Translations under genes and position numbers: made by a program
The notes under the pieces: generated by a model
What the model saw: only the letters and a program-made list of their open reading frames with translations
Databases searched by the model: none
Told to the model about the DNA's origin: nothing
In this document: positions 1 through 8,711 of the stretch, one piece after another
Numbering within the stretch: the first letter of the stretch is position 1
Layout of the letters: each line of letters begins with the position of its first letter
Origin: Shigella phage B2
DNA length: 64,000 nucleotides
Sequence record: OM858838
Direction: 5' to 3' (one strand)

Positions 1-1017
1 ATGCGTCCTTCAGCTATTAAAAAAGCTATTGAAAGAGCTTTTGCGGCAGGACTAGTTCCTTTTATTAAAGGTAGTCCGGGTATTGGTAAGTCTGCAATCA
101 TTCGCCAGATTGCTAAAGAAGCGAAGTTATGGGTTATTGACCTTCGTTTAGGTCAGTGTGACCCAACTGACTTGCTGGGCTTTCCAAATATTGAGAATGG
201 ACGTTCGGTGTATCATCCTCCGAAAGACATTCCAATTGTCGGGGATGCAGTCCCTGAAGGGTATAACGGCTGGTTACTGTTCCTCGATGAGATGAACACT
301 GCACCCAAAGCCGTACAAGCTGCTGCATACAAACTGTTGGATGGTATGGTTGGTCAAACCAAACTCCATCCTCAAGTGTATATTGCTGCGGCTGGTAACA
401 AAGATACAGATGGTGCAATCACTACCACAATGAGTAGTGCAACCCTGTCTCGTATTGTTTCTATGGAGTTAGAAGTTAACTTCGATGATTGGTCTGTTTG
501 GGCGATAGCCGAAAAAATAGACCATCGTATCTTAAGTTTCTTAAACTTTAAGAAAGAACTCTTTCATAAGTTTGACCCAAAGAACTTAAGAGAAACATTC
601 CCTTGTCCTCGTACATGGGACTTCACTAACCGAGCTATTAATGGTTTGGAAGTGGATATCAAAACTGATTTAGGCTTATTGTCAGGTGTAATCGGTAGAG
701 GTGCTGCTCGTGAATTCATCGAGTACTGCGCTATCTATGGAGACGTTTCTTCTATTGAAGAGATTCTGGCTAATCCAGAAGGTATCGTCATCAAAGACCG
801 TCCTGATATTAAGTTTGCTTACGCTGGTTATGCAGCATCTTCTATCACCGTAGAAAATGCTCCTCAATTGATGAAGTTCATCAATCGTCTGCCAGTAGAA
901 TTCCAAATTGTTGCATTGAGCAATGCGTTTAAAGCCAAACCAATGATTTCAGCAGTTCCTGAAGTTATGGATTGGGTTACTCGCTATGCCAATGATTCCG
1001 GTGAAGGAATGCTCTAA
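1..1017 (+). CDS. MoxR-like AAA+ ATPase (ORF begins at window edge, 5' end may be truncated)
   Basis: Walker A GSPGIGKS and Walker B LLFLDEMN; followed directly by a VWA-domain partner as in MoxR-VWA pairs. Confidence 0.75.
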   Translation: MRPSAIKKAIERAFAAGLVPFIKGSPGIGKSAIIRQIAKEAKLWVIDLRLGQCDPTDLLGFPNIENGRSVYHPPKDIPIVGDAVPEGYNGWLLFLDEMNTAPKAVQAAAYKLLDGMVGQTKLHPQVYIAAAGNKDTDGAITTTMSSATLSRIVSMELEVNFDDWSVWAIAEKIDHRILSFLNFKKELFHKFDPKNLRETFPCPRTWDFTNRAINGLEVDIKTDLGLLSGVIGRGAAREFIEYCAIYGDVSSIEEILANPEGIVIKDRPDIKFAYAGYAASSITVENAPQLMKFINRLPVEFQIVALSNAFKAKPMISAVPEVMDWVTRYANDSGEGML

Positions 1018-1027
1018 GGAGGTTCCT

Positions 1028-2128
1028 TTGGATAAAGACAAGGCATTAGATTTAGCTAAAGTAGATTTGTTTGCTAAGAGTAAGAATGCTTTTATCTGTT
1101 CTATCTTTTGTTCACTTCAACTTAAGTGGGACGATACCATTCCTACAGCTTGTACGGATGGTTTAAACATTCTGATAAATCCAAAGTATTTTATGGATTT
1201 ACCCCGTCCTTGTAGAGTGACACTCCTCGCTCATGAGACGTGGCATGTTGCTTTAAAACATGTCTTAAGACTTGCAGCAAGAAATCCTGAGTTATGGAAT
1301 TGGGCCTGTGATTTCTATATCAATAATATGCTGGATAGCTCTGGCTATGTAATTGGTATTGGTTGGCTCTTAGACCATCAATATGATGATTTAAGTGCTC
1401 CTCAAATCTATGACAAATTACTTCAGCAAGGCAGTAAACAACAACAGAACTCTTTAGGCATGGACATTAAACCATGTTCAATGGCTGATGAGGAAGAAGT
1501 TGAAGTACAGATTGACTCTATGTTGATTCGTGGCTCTATAGCTGCACAACAAAGTGGTCAGGCTGGGTCAATACCAGGGGAAATTCAGGCTTATATAGAT
1601 GAACTTCTTAACCCTAAACTACCGTGGAATGACATTCTCAGAAACTTTGTTAATGAGATGACTCGCAATGATTACACTTGGGCTAAGCCTAATAAGCGAT
1701 ATCTGCCTGATGTATATCTACCTTCACTAAACTCCGAAGGACTGGAACATATCATTTTTTATACTGATATATCCTGTTCTGTAACTGATGCACAGTTTGC
1801 TGTGTATATCAGCGAGATTCATGCAATTAAAACAACTCTGAATCCTAAACGAATTACTGTATGTACATTCGATACAAGGATTCATGATATTCATGAGTTA
1901 GAAGAAGGTGACAACATTGCTGATTGTAACTTCACTGGTAGAGGGGGAACATCTCTCAAGTGTGTTTATGAACATGCTAAGAAAGAGAAGCCTGAATTGA
2001 TTGTTGTATTCTCGGATTTGGAATGTCCTCCAATGAACGAACCACCAGCACCTAATATTATTTGGGTATGTCTGGATAATCCAAGTGCAACAGTTAACTT
2101 CGGGCAACTGATTCACGTAAACAGTTAA
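1028..2128 (+). CDS. VWA-domain protein with N-terminal HExxH metallopeptidase-like region (MoxR partner)
   Basis: HETWH motif near N-terminus; DISCS (DxSxS MIDAS-like) motif; SD AGGAGG 5 nt upstream of in-frame TTG at 1028 (alternative ATG at 986 overlaps upstream gene). Confidence 0.7.
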   Translation: MDKDKALDLAKVDLFAKSKNAFICSIFCSLQLKWDDTIPTACTDGLNILINPKYFMDLPRPCRVTLLAHETWHVALKHVLRLAARNPELWNWACDFYINNMLDSSGYVIGIGWLLDHQYDDLSAPQIYDKLLQQGSKQQQNSLGMDIKPCSMADEEEVEVQIDSMLIRGSIAAQQSGQAGSIPGEIQAYIDELLNPKLPWNDILRNFVNEMTRNDYTWAKPNKRYLPDVYLPSLNSEGLEHIIFYTDISCSVTDAQFAVYISEIHAIKTTLNPKRITVCTFDTRIHDIHELEEGDNIADCNFTGRGGTSLKCVYEHAKKEKPELIVVFSDLECPPMNEPPAPNIIWVCLDNPSATVNFGQLIHVNS

Positions 2129-2178
2129 ATATATCTACGTGGCTAGGTAAACAATTTGCTTACCTTTCAGATGTTTTT

Positions 2179-2205
2179 GCCCTCCTTGTGAGGGCATCTT
2201 TTTTG
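2179..2205 (+). terminator. intrinsic terminator (GC stem gccctc/gagggc plus T-run)
   Basis: inverted repeat followed by TTTTTT immediately after stop of the VWA gene. Confidence 0.6.
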
Positions 2206-2213
2206 GAGCTTAT

Positions 2214-2471
2214 ATGGGTTTATATCTGTATTGCCAAAATACCGAATGTGGTCAGTACGTTGATGGTATGGACTGTCAATGTTGTGGATGGACTCAACCA
2301 TTACCTGAGCCAGAATTCGAATTACCTGAAGACTTAAAACAAGCCTTACAGGATGCGTTAGATTTTGTAGGTCATGATTGTCGTTTTGACCATCATGGTT
2401 ATTGCCAAGAACATGGACTTCAAGAAGAAGACTCCTGCTTCGCAGGTGTATTCCGAAAATATTTGGAGTAA
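2214..2471 (+). CDS. small Cys-rich (zinc-ribbon-like) protein
   Basis: GGAG SD; CxxxxC...CxCC and C..H..H..C patterns in an 85-aa ORF. Confidence 0.5.
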   Translation: MGLYLYCQNTECGQYVDGMDCQCCGWTQPLPEPEFELPEDLKQALQDALDFVGHDCRFDHHGYCQEHGLQEEDSCFAGVFRKYLE

Positions 2472-2474
2472 ATC

Positions 2475-2879
2475 ATGTTCAAGATTCGGAAAGCTATACG
2501 TGATGTAGCGAACGCTAAGTACCCTAGAAAGCTCTCAATGAGTTTGGCTAGTAATATGCCCCTGTCTAATCATCGATGCCATTACAACGCTGTACAGGCT
2601 GTCAAAAATGATATGGCTGTAGGCGTGATAGAAGTAGTCATTATTTATGATGACACTTGTAGTGTTCACTTCGTGAATCTCATGGCTGATGGCTCAGTAG
2701 TTGATTACACATTGGGATTGATGTGCATTGACGATGATTATCGTTTTGTACGTCATGTATCTCCTAATGAGTATGACTCCATTAATCGTGCTCTGATGGA
2801 TGCTAAGCATAAGCTTCATGCTGAAACTCCTTGGCATATCAGAAAGTTAATTAAACTGTCCAAACAGGACTGGTGTTAA
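2475..2879 (+). CDS. hypothetical protein
   Basis: GGAG SD 6 nt upstream; tightly packed in operon. Confidence 0.5.
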   Translation: MFKIRKAIRDVANAKYPRKLSMSLASNMPLSNHRCHYNAVQAVKNDMAVGVIEVVIIYDDTCSVHFVNLMADGSVVDYTLGLMCIDDDYRFVRHVSPNEYDSINRALMDAKHKLHAETPWHIRKLIKLSKQDWC

Positions 2880-3694
2880 CCATGAAAGAGCAAGAACAAC
2901 TCAGGAAAGATATTTCCCGTATCTTTTCTATCTTTAAAGCCAGTGAATGTGAGTTACGTCCTCATTTTATTCTGACTGGCGAAAGTGGTACTGGAAAAAC
3001 CTTTTTAATTAAGTCTCTGGCTGACCAGCATAAGATGGATTACATCGAAATTAATGCTGCTCAGTTAACCAAAGAAGGCTTATCGGGTAATAGCTTAAGT
3101 AAGGCATTAGCTCCTCTTCGCCAAGCCAATGGTAATCCTGTCATCTGCTTTGTAGATGAATTCGATAAGTTATTTATCGCGGGTAACAACAATAGTGAAT
3201 TGGCTCATGAGTCTACTAATGGAGTTCAGAATGAATTCCTTAAGATTCTTGAATCTGATTGTACTTCGGTATTTGGCGACTATGGCAAGTATGTAGACGT
3301 TCCTGTTAGTAACGTTCTATTCGTATTTGCTGGAGCATTTAATGGAGAACCAGATATCACTCTGGATAAACTCCGTACCTTTGGTGTTAAGACTGAATTC
3401 TTAGGTCGTGTTGGTTTGGTATACAACACAGTGAAAGTCAGTCTGGAAACACTAATCAAAATCCTGAAAGACTCCAAAACTCTCGCTATGTATCTGGACT
3501 TGTTTCCAGAGGTTAAGCGCGAGAAAGCTGTTTCAGATATCTCTGCATTTATCAGAGATAACTATGAAATGAACACTCTGGGTATTCGTATGGTTAATAC
3601 GTTAATTACTCAGTACTTCATTCAAGATGGCAAACTTACCCGTGAAGAAGTTAAGTCTAGTACTTTCCAAAATAAACTTAAATTTGGTGAGTAG
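2873..3694 (+). CDS. ClpX/HslU-like AAA+ ATPase lacking the N-terminal zinc domain
   Basis: Walker A GESGTGKT, Walker B ICFVDEFDK; overall resemblance to the ClpX ATPase core (…AAQLTKEGLSGNSL…, …GVQNEFLKILES). Confidence 0.65.
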   Translation: MLTMKEQEQLRKDISRIFSIFKASECELRPHFILTGESGTGKTFLIKSLADQHKMDYIEINAAQLTKEGLSGNSLSKALAPLRQANGNPVICFVDEFDKLFIAGNNNSELAHESTNGVQNEFLKILESDCTSVFGDYGKYVDVPVSNVLFVFAGAFNGEPDITLDKLRTFGVKTEFLGRVGLVYNTVKVSLETLIKILKDSKTLAMYLDLFPEVKREKAVSDISAFIRDNYEMNTLGIRMVNTLITQYFIQDGKLTREEVKSSTFQNKLKFGE

Positions 3695-3695
3695 T

Positions 3696-3830
3696 ATGTC
3701 TAAACATCCTATCGCTTGGGATATCTTTCGTATCCCTGCAAAACTCGTCTGTCGAACCAAGAAGAACCATGTAGCCAATATTGCTCGTAGCAATGGCTTC
3801 AGAGTGATTCCTGTGTTCGGTAGAGGTTAA
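3696..3830 (+). CDS. small hypothetical protein (44 aa)
   Basis: short ORF with ATG 2 nt after upstream stop; weak. Confidence 0.3.
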   Translation: MSKHPIAWDIFRIPAKLVCRTKKNHVANIARSNGFRVIPVFGRG

Positions 3831-3853
3831 AGCCCCTTCGGGGCTTGCTTTGG
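3831..3853 (+). promoter_or_regulatory. TTC-triloop hairpin (agcccc-TTC-ggggct) followed by TGCTTTGG; candidate hairpin promoter or processing site
   Basis: 6-bp perfect stem, 3-nt loop, no T-run; same architecture recurs at 6112 and 52104. Confidence 0.4.
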
Positions 3854-3928
3854 AAAAAAGAAAGAGGAATTCATCCTCTTCAAATCAAACTGTAATTTTT
3901 AATCCCAATCTGAAAAGGTAAAAAAGAA

Positions 3929-5371
3929 ATGGCTAAGACTCTTGAGCAAGATGAAAAGAAAGTACACGTTGCTGAAATCGTTCGTCACGGCGAAAAACTG
4001 ATTGTGCCGGAAGGCATGTCTCTGAGCGATGTTATCGACCTCGCTAAACGTCGCATGAAGTTCGAAGAAGAAGAAGTTCTGGTACGTCGTACCTATAACG
4101 TATTCCCATGGGATGGTGCTCATGCTCTGATGCTGGCACTGACCGAACGTTATGGCTGGGCTGCTGCTGAAGCAACTCCTGGTTTCTTCGGCTCCAATCC
4201 TCCGCAAATGCTGGATGTGCAGGTCGGCTATGGCAAAACCAAAAAAGTTCCATGGGGACGTTTCTCTCTGCCACAGGTAGATGGTTTTGTTCAGTGTTCT
4301 GCACAGAAGAAAGATGGTCGTATCAGCTTCGAACTGGTCGGTAAAGTCCTGCGTAAAGACGAAAAGACTATCGAACTGCTGTTTGATACCGTTGAGCAAA
4401 CTCTGCGTACCAACTCCATTTACATGGGTCAGGCTATCAAAATCCGTTTCCGCGATAACGATGGCGACCTGCTGGAAATGCCGGAACCAGAATTCATGGA
4501 CCTGCGTGGTATCAGCCGTGATTCTCTGGTTTATTCTGACGATGTTCAGAACCTGATTGAAACCAACCTGTTTACGCCGATTGAGCGTGTTGCTGACTGT
4601 ATCGCTAACGATATGCCGGTTAAACGTGGCGTTCTGCTGGGTGGACCATACGGTACTGGTAAAACTATGGCTGCAACTGTTGCTGCTGCTCTGGCTACCA
4701 ACGTGGGTGTTACCTACGTATACGTACCGCGTTCTGATGAACTGTCTGATGCAATTCAGTTTGCTAAGCAGTACAGCGATAAAGCCTGCGTAATCTTCTG
4801 TGAAGATATCGACCGTGCCGTATCCGGTGAACGTAGCGTGAAGATGGACGATATCCTGAACATTCTGGATGGTATCGACACCAAAACTTCTCGCATCATC
4901 ACCGTTCTGACCACCAACCATCTGGAAAACATCAACCCAGCAATGCTGCGTCCGGGCCGTCTGGATGCAATCATCGATGTTACTGCGCCTGATGCGAAAG
5001 CTGTTGAAAAACTGGTTCGCCTGTATGGTCGTGACACCATCGCTGCTGATGCAGACCTGACTCTGGTCGGTGAAGCTCTGGCTGGTACTATTCCTGCGGT
5101 AATCGCGGAAGTTGTTAAGCGTGCGAAACTGCACCAGCTTCAGTATCAAGAAGCAGGTACTCTGATTGAAGAAATCAGCGGTCAAGCTCTGCTGGATTCC
5201 GCTCTGACTATTCAGGCACAGCGTAAGCTGCTGGAAGAACAGTCCAAGCCGAAAGTTAAAGAACCAACCTTCAACGAAACTATCGCTGCTGCTGTTGCTC
5301 CGGCAATTGCTGAAGCTGTAGGTAAAGTTGCTGGTCAGGTTTCTGAACTGCACGAACGTATCGTCGGCTAA
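3929..5371 (+). CDS. classic-clade AAA+ ATPase, codon-optimised (highly expressed)
   Basis: Walker A GGPYGTGKT, Walker B VIFCEDID, second region of homology with RPGRLD; strong host-like optimal codon usage (CTG, CGT, GGT, AAA) distinct from neighbours. Confidence 0.85.
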   Translation: MAKTLEQDEKKVHVAEIVRHGEKLIVPEGMSLSDVIDLAKRRMKFEEEEVLVRRTYNVFPWDGAHALMLALTERYGWAAAEATPGFFGSNPPQMLDVQVGYGKTKKVPWGRFSLPQVDGFVQCSAQKKDGRISFELVGKVLRKDEKTIELLFDTVEQTLRTNSIYMGQAIKIRFRDNDGDLLEMPEPEFMDLRGISRDSLVYSDDVQNLIETNLFTPIERVADCIANDMPVKRGVLLGGPYGTGKTMAATVAAALATNVGVTYVYVPRSDELSDAIQFAKQYSDKACVIFCEDIDRAVSGERSVKMDDILNILDGIDTKTSRIITVLTTNHLENINPAMLRPGRLDAIIDVTAPDAKAVEKLVRLYGRDTIAADADLTLVGEALAGTIPAVIAEVVKRAKLHQLQYQEAGTLIEEISGQALLDSALTIQAQRKLLEEQSKPKVKEPTFNETIAAAVAPAIAEAVGKVAGQVSELHERIVG

Positions 5372-5434
5372 CCGCCAGTAGTACTTGGATAGCCCTTCAA
5401 TGAGGGGCTATTCCAGTTATCACTGGAGGTAATC

Positions 5435-6112
5435 ATGAAGAATCTTTACCAGAAGATTGATGGAAGCCAATACAACCGAATCTTCGTTGTAGGAGATTTA
5501 CATGGTTGCTTTGATGAATTCCAAAAAGAGATGTGGGCTGTTCAGTTTAATGCTGAAACAGACTTAATCATCTCTGTAGGTGATTTAATTGACCGTGGTT
5601 CACAGAATGTGAATTGCTTACGTCTGTTAAATGAACCTTGGTTTAAAGCTGTTCTGGGTAATCATGAAGTAATGGCACTCAATGCCTTATCTTCTGAACC
5701 TTCTTCTGAAGAAGGGGATTTAGCATATTACAATTGGTTCCGTAATGGAGGCATTTGGATTATGGATATTCCTGAAGAACAGAAACCAGAAGTATTAGAA
5801 TTATTTACTCAGGTAGCAGAACTGCCTGGTATCATTGAAGTCTCAGTAGGTGACAAGACTATTGTTATCTGCCATGCAGACTACCCTTCAAATCAGTATC
5901 AATTCGATAAACCAGTTGATGAGGAAACTCTTATCTGGGGTAGAGAGCGTATAGCTCAAAACCAAAATGGAGAAGGTACTGTCATTCAAGGTGCTGACGA
6001 ATTCTACTTCGGTCACACACCTGCCAAAGACCCTATGCAATTTCATAACCAACATTACATTGATACCGGAGCAGTATTCGGTGGTCGATTAACATTGGTT
6101 CAAATCAAATAA
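5435..6112 (+). CDS. PPP-family Ser/Thr protein phosphatase (metallophosphoesterase)
   Basis: GDLHG, GDLIDRG and GNHE signature motifs in canonical order; GGAGG SD. Confidence 0.85.
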   Translation: MKNLYQKIDGSQYNRIFVVGDLHGCFDEFQKEMWAVQFNAETDLIISVGDLIDRGSQNVNCLRLLNEPWFKAVLGNHEVMALNALSSEPSSEEGDLAYYNWFRNGGIWIMDIPEEQKPEVLELFTQVAELPGIIEVSVGDKTIVICHADYPSNQYQFDKPVDEETLIWGRERIAQNQNGEGTVIQGADEFYFGHTPAKDPMQFHNQHYIDTGAVFGGRLTLVQIK

Positions 6113-6134
6113 CTGCCTTCGGCAGTTGCTTTGG
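6112..6134 (+). promoter_or_regulatory. TTC-triloop hairpin (actgcc-TTC-ggcagt) followed by TGCTTTGG
   Basis: 6-bp stem, 3-nt loop, overlaps stop codon of phosphatase gene; identical downstream octamer to hairpin at 3831. Confidence 0.4.
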
Positions 6135-6164
6135 TTACTCTTCACATCTGCATAGGTGCTCAAT

Positions 6165-6470
6165 ATGAAAATCCAAAAATTCGGTACTATCAATTTCACT
6201 GACTCCCTCAACTTGCCAATATTCTCGGGGTTCACTTTTAGTATTGAGAGTGAATCTGAACAGAGTATGACTCAAGATAAAAAGCTTAAAACTTTAATAA
6301 TGGTAACGGCTATCCGTGACCACTTAAGTAAAGTAGTTAAGTTTATTGAGGAAGATATCAGTAAAGCTTCTCTAAGAGATTCTGGGGACTTTTCTACTCC
6401 TGTAGGTAAAAGTACTAAGTCACCTGAAGAAATCGTCTCAGAGAGCCTCTCACGAATCATGGCTAAGTAG
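6165..6470 (+). CDS. hypothetical protein
   Basis: ORF with AGGTG SD; ATG at 6165 preferred over GTG at 6156. Confidence 0.5.
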   Translation: MKIQKFGTINFTDSLNLPIFSGFTFSIESESEQSMTQDKKLKTLIMVTAIRDHLSKVVKFIEEDISKASLRDSGDFSTPVGKSTKSPEEIVSESLSRIMAK

Positions 6471-6498
6471 TATTGAGCCTCTTTGGTTAAGGAGGCGT

Positions 6499-6759
6499 AT
6501 GTCTGAATCCCCAAATGCTACATATCGTGGAAACATGATGTGTATCAACTTTAGTTATGACTTTAAAATAGTCCTCCCTATTGAAGATGGTAAAGCCTTA
6601 CTTGAATTATTGAGTAAGGCTGAAATCTACAGGGAAGAATATAATAAAGACCCTTTCATTGAGCCAATGGATAAATCTTTAGATATCAAATTCATTGCTC
6701 GGAGTAAGTATGAGCTTCTTAAGCTCGCATTTTTAAGGACTGAGAATGAGTCTAACTAG
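6499..6759 (+). CDS. hypothetical protein
   Basis: AAGGAGG SD 4 nt upstream of ATG. Confidence 0.5.
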   Translation: MSESPNATYRGNMMCINFSYDFKIVLPIEDGKALLELLSKAEIYREEYNKDPFIEPMDKSLDIKFIARSKYELLKLAFLRTENESN

Positions 6760-7990
6760 TTGCCAAGAACAAGCAGCTAAGCAGTTCTTATCGTTTCTTT
6801 GTACTCCAATGAAACATATGGTTATTTCTGGTCCACCTGGAGTAGGCAAGACATTCATGCTTAATCACATGATTGATATGTTGCCTAGTACTAGACGTAT
6901 CACAAATATTATGGGTGTTGACCCAATTAATAATATTGCTGTTACTGCTACAACCAATAAGGCTGCTGAAGTATTACAGGAAAGGTTCTCTAATAGAACT
7001 GTATCCACAATCCATTCAACGTTAGGTCTAACAGTAAGGGATGATTACCGAACAGGTAAAACATTCACTGCTAAGGGCAAAAACTTTATACCTCTATCCG
7101 ACACTCTCATCCTTATGGATGAATCCTCAATGGCGGATACTCAACTACTGAAGTTAATCGATGAAGGTACTGCTAAAAACTGTAAGATAGTTTTTATTGG
7201 TGACCATTGTCAGTTGGCTCCAGTCTCAGAAACAATGAGTCCAGTTTTCAACTCGGGCTACATTACTTCATATCTAAATACCCAAATGCGAACTAACAAT
7301 AGTCCAGCATTAACTCTACTTAATGACCAGTTACGTCAGACAGTAGAAACGGGTGTCTTCAGACCAATCATTCCTGTTCCCGGTGTTATCGATTTCGTTA
7401 ATGACGATGAGATGCGCCGACTGATGAATGCAAATTTCATTTTGCAGGAAACTCCCGGTCATAAAATCCTAGCTTATACAAATAATGGGGTTCAAGAGTA
7501 CAACTCGTACATACGAACCAAGAAGCATTTACCTCCAACTTTGATGGTAGGTGATGCTGTCGTATCAAATAACAGCATTGAAACTGCTGGTTCTCGTACC
7601 ATTATCGAAAAGGTATACCGAGTACATTCAATATCTGGTGTACATCATAATGATGGTATTCCTTACTACATGGTAGATATTGGAGTAGGTGGTTTAGTTA
7701 AACAACCTGTTAACTATAGCCAGTTACAACAAGCAATCAGAGAAGCAGCCAATAATAAAGATTGGGTTGAGTACTTTCGTTTAAAGAATGAATTTGCTGA
7801 CTTACGGTTTGCATATGCATCTACTGTACATAAGTCTCAAGGCTCAACATTTGATACTGTCTATATCGATTTAGGTGACTTGTGCATCTGCAAGGATATG
7901 GAACAATTAGCTCGTATGCTTTATGTAGCTGCCAGTCGTGCTACTACTCGTGTTGTGTTCTATGGTAATCCTCCTCACTTCATGAGGTGA
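6746..7990 (+). CDS. Dda/RecD-like superfamily 1 DNA helicase
   Basis: Walker A GPPGVGKT, Walker B LILMDESSM, motif TVHKSQGSTFD and C-terminal AASRATTR typical of RecD/Dda helicases. Confidence 0.8.
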   Translation: MSLTSCQEQAAKQFLSFLCTPMKHMVISGPPGVGKTFMLNHMIDMLPSTRRITNIMGVDPINNIAVTATTNKAAEVLQERFSNRTVSTIHSTLGLTVRDDYRTGKTFTAKGKNFIPLSDTLILMDESSMADTQLLKLIDEGTAKNCKIVFIGDHCQLAPVSETMSPVFNSGYITSYLNTQMRTNNSPALTLLNDQLRQTVETGVFRPIIPVPGVIDFVNDDEMRRLMNANFILQETPGHKILAYTNNGVQEYNSYIRTKKHLPPTLMVGDAVVSNNSIETAGSRTIIEKVYRVHSISGVHHNDGIPYYMVDIGVGGLVKQPVNYSQLQQAIREAANNKDWVEYFRLKNEFADLRFAYASTVHKSQGSTFDTVYIDLGDLCICKDMEQLARMLYVAASRATTRVVFYGNPPHFMR

Positions 7991-7992
7991 TT

Positions 7993-8466
7993 ATGTCCAC
8001 ACTCACTACTCCAACAAGTAGGCATAAAGAAGATATTCTGGATTGGTTACTTAACTTAATTACAGATAACTTCTGTACTTTTGTACATAATAAAGAATTG
8101 CAATTATGCATTGATAACAATGCTCCTGATGGATTCATGTTTAATAATATGACATTCAGAGGAACTGACAGAATGGTTTTCACATGTAAACCAGAACTGG
8201 AAGAAACTGCAAAAGAAGTATGGGAATTGAAGCAAAAAGTTAAGAGAGACTGGATGTATCTCGAAAACTACTTCAAAAGAGTATTGGCTCGTATGACTAA
8301 CTATGGTCAGTTGTACTGCTATGTACCTCCCTTTATGCATAACAAGCTTAATGAAATCTTTGTTCATGCTTTCATAGGCGAGAAAGAACCAATCAGAGGT
8401 ATGCCTCCTGATGAGTCTATTCATAAACTTATCTCGTTCTATGTGATGACTAAATTGGTTATCTAA
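7993..8466 (+). CDS. hypothetical protein
   Basis: ORF; GAGG SD before ATG at 7993. Confidence 0.5.
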   Translation: MSTLTTPTSRHKEDILDWLLNLITDNFCTFVHNKELQLCIDNNAPDGFMFNNMTFRGTDRMVFTCKPELEETAKEVWELKQKVKRDWMYLENYFKRVLARMTNYGQLYCYVPPFMHNKLNEIFVHAFIGEKEPIRGMPPDESIHKLISFYVMTKLVI

Positions 8467-8711
8467 TGGATATCGCATTTGTAGTATCAAAAGTAATTGT
8501 TACAGAGTACACACTGCTTAGGCAGTGGTGGCCTGAACAGTTACGCGAGTCTAGATATGTCGATACAGATATGACTAGAACCTACTTCTTAGATAGACTT
8601 CCCTCTCCTGAATTGTATGAGCTTATGGATAGGCTTAATGCAGAAGGAAGAACCTATCGATTTATGGACTTAAGAGGAGTGGACTCAGAAGATGCGTCAC
8701 ATAATCTTTGA
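8466..8711 (+). CDS. hypothetical protein
   Basis: ORF with ATG overlapping upstream stop. Confidence 0.45.
   Translation: MDIAFVVSKVIVTEYTLLRQWWPEQLRESRYVDTDMTRTYFLDRLPSPELYELMDRLNAEGRTYRFMDLRGVDSEDASHNL

Noticed and set aside
134-906. Minus-strand ORFs (94 and 74 aa) inside the MoxR-like gene
   Set aside because: Antisense to a well-supported ATPase gene; no translation signals.
3899-5353. 484-aa ORF on the minus strand fully antisense to the AAA+ gene
   Set aside because: Open antisense frame is a by-product of the extreme codon bias of the sense gene; no SD, low-complexity translation (S/N/F/Q-rich).
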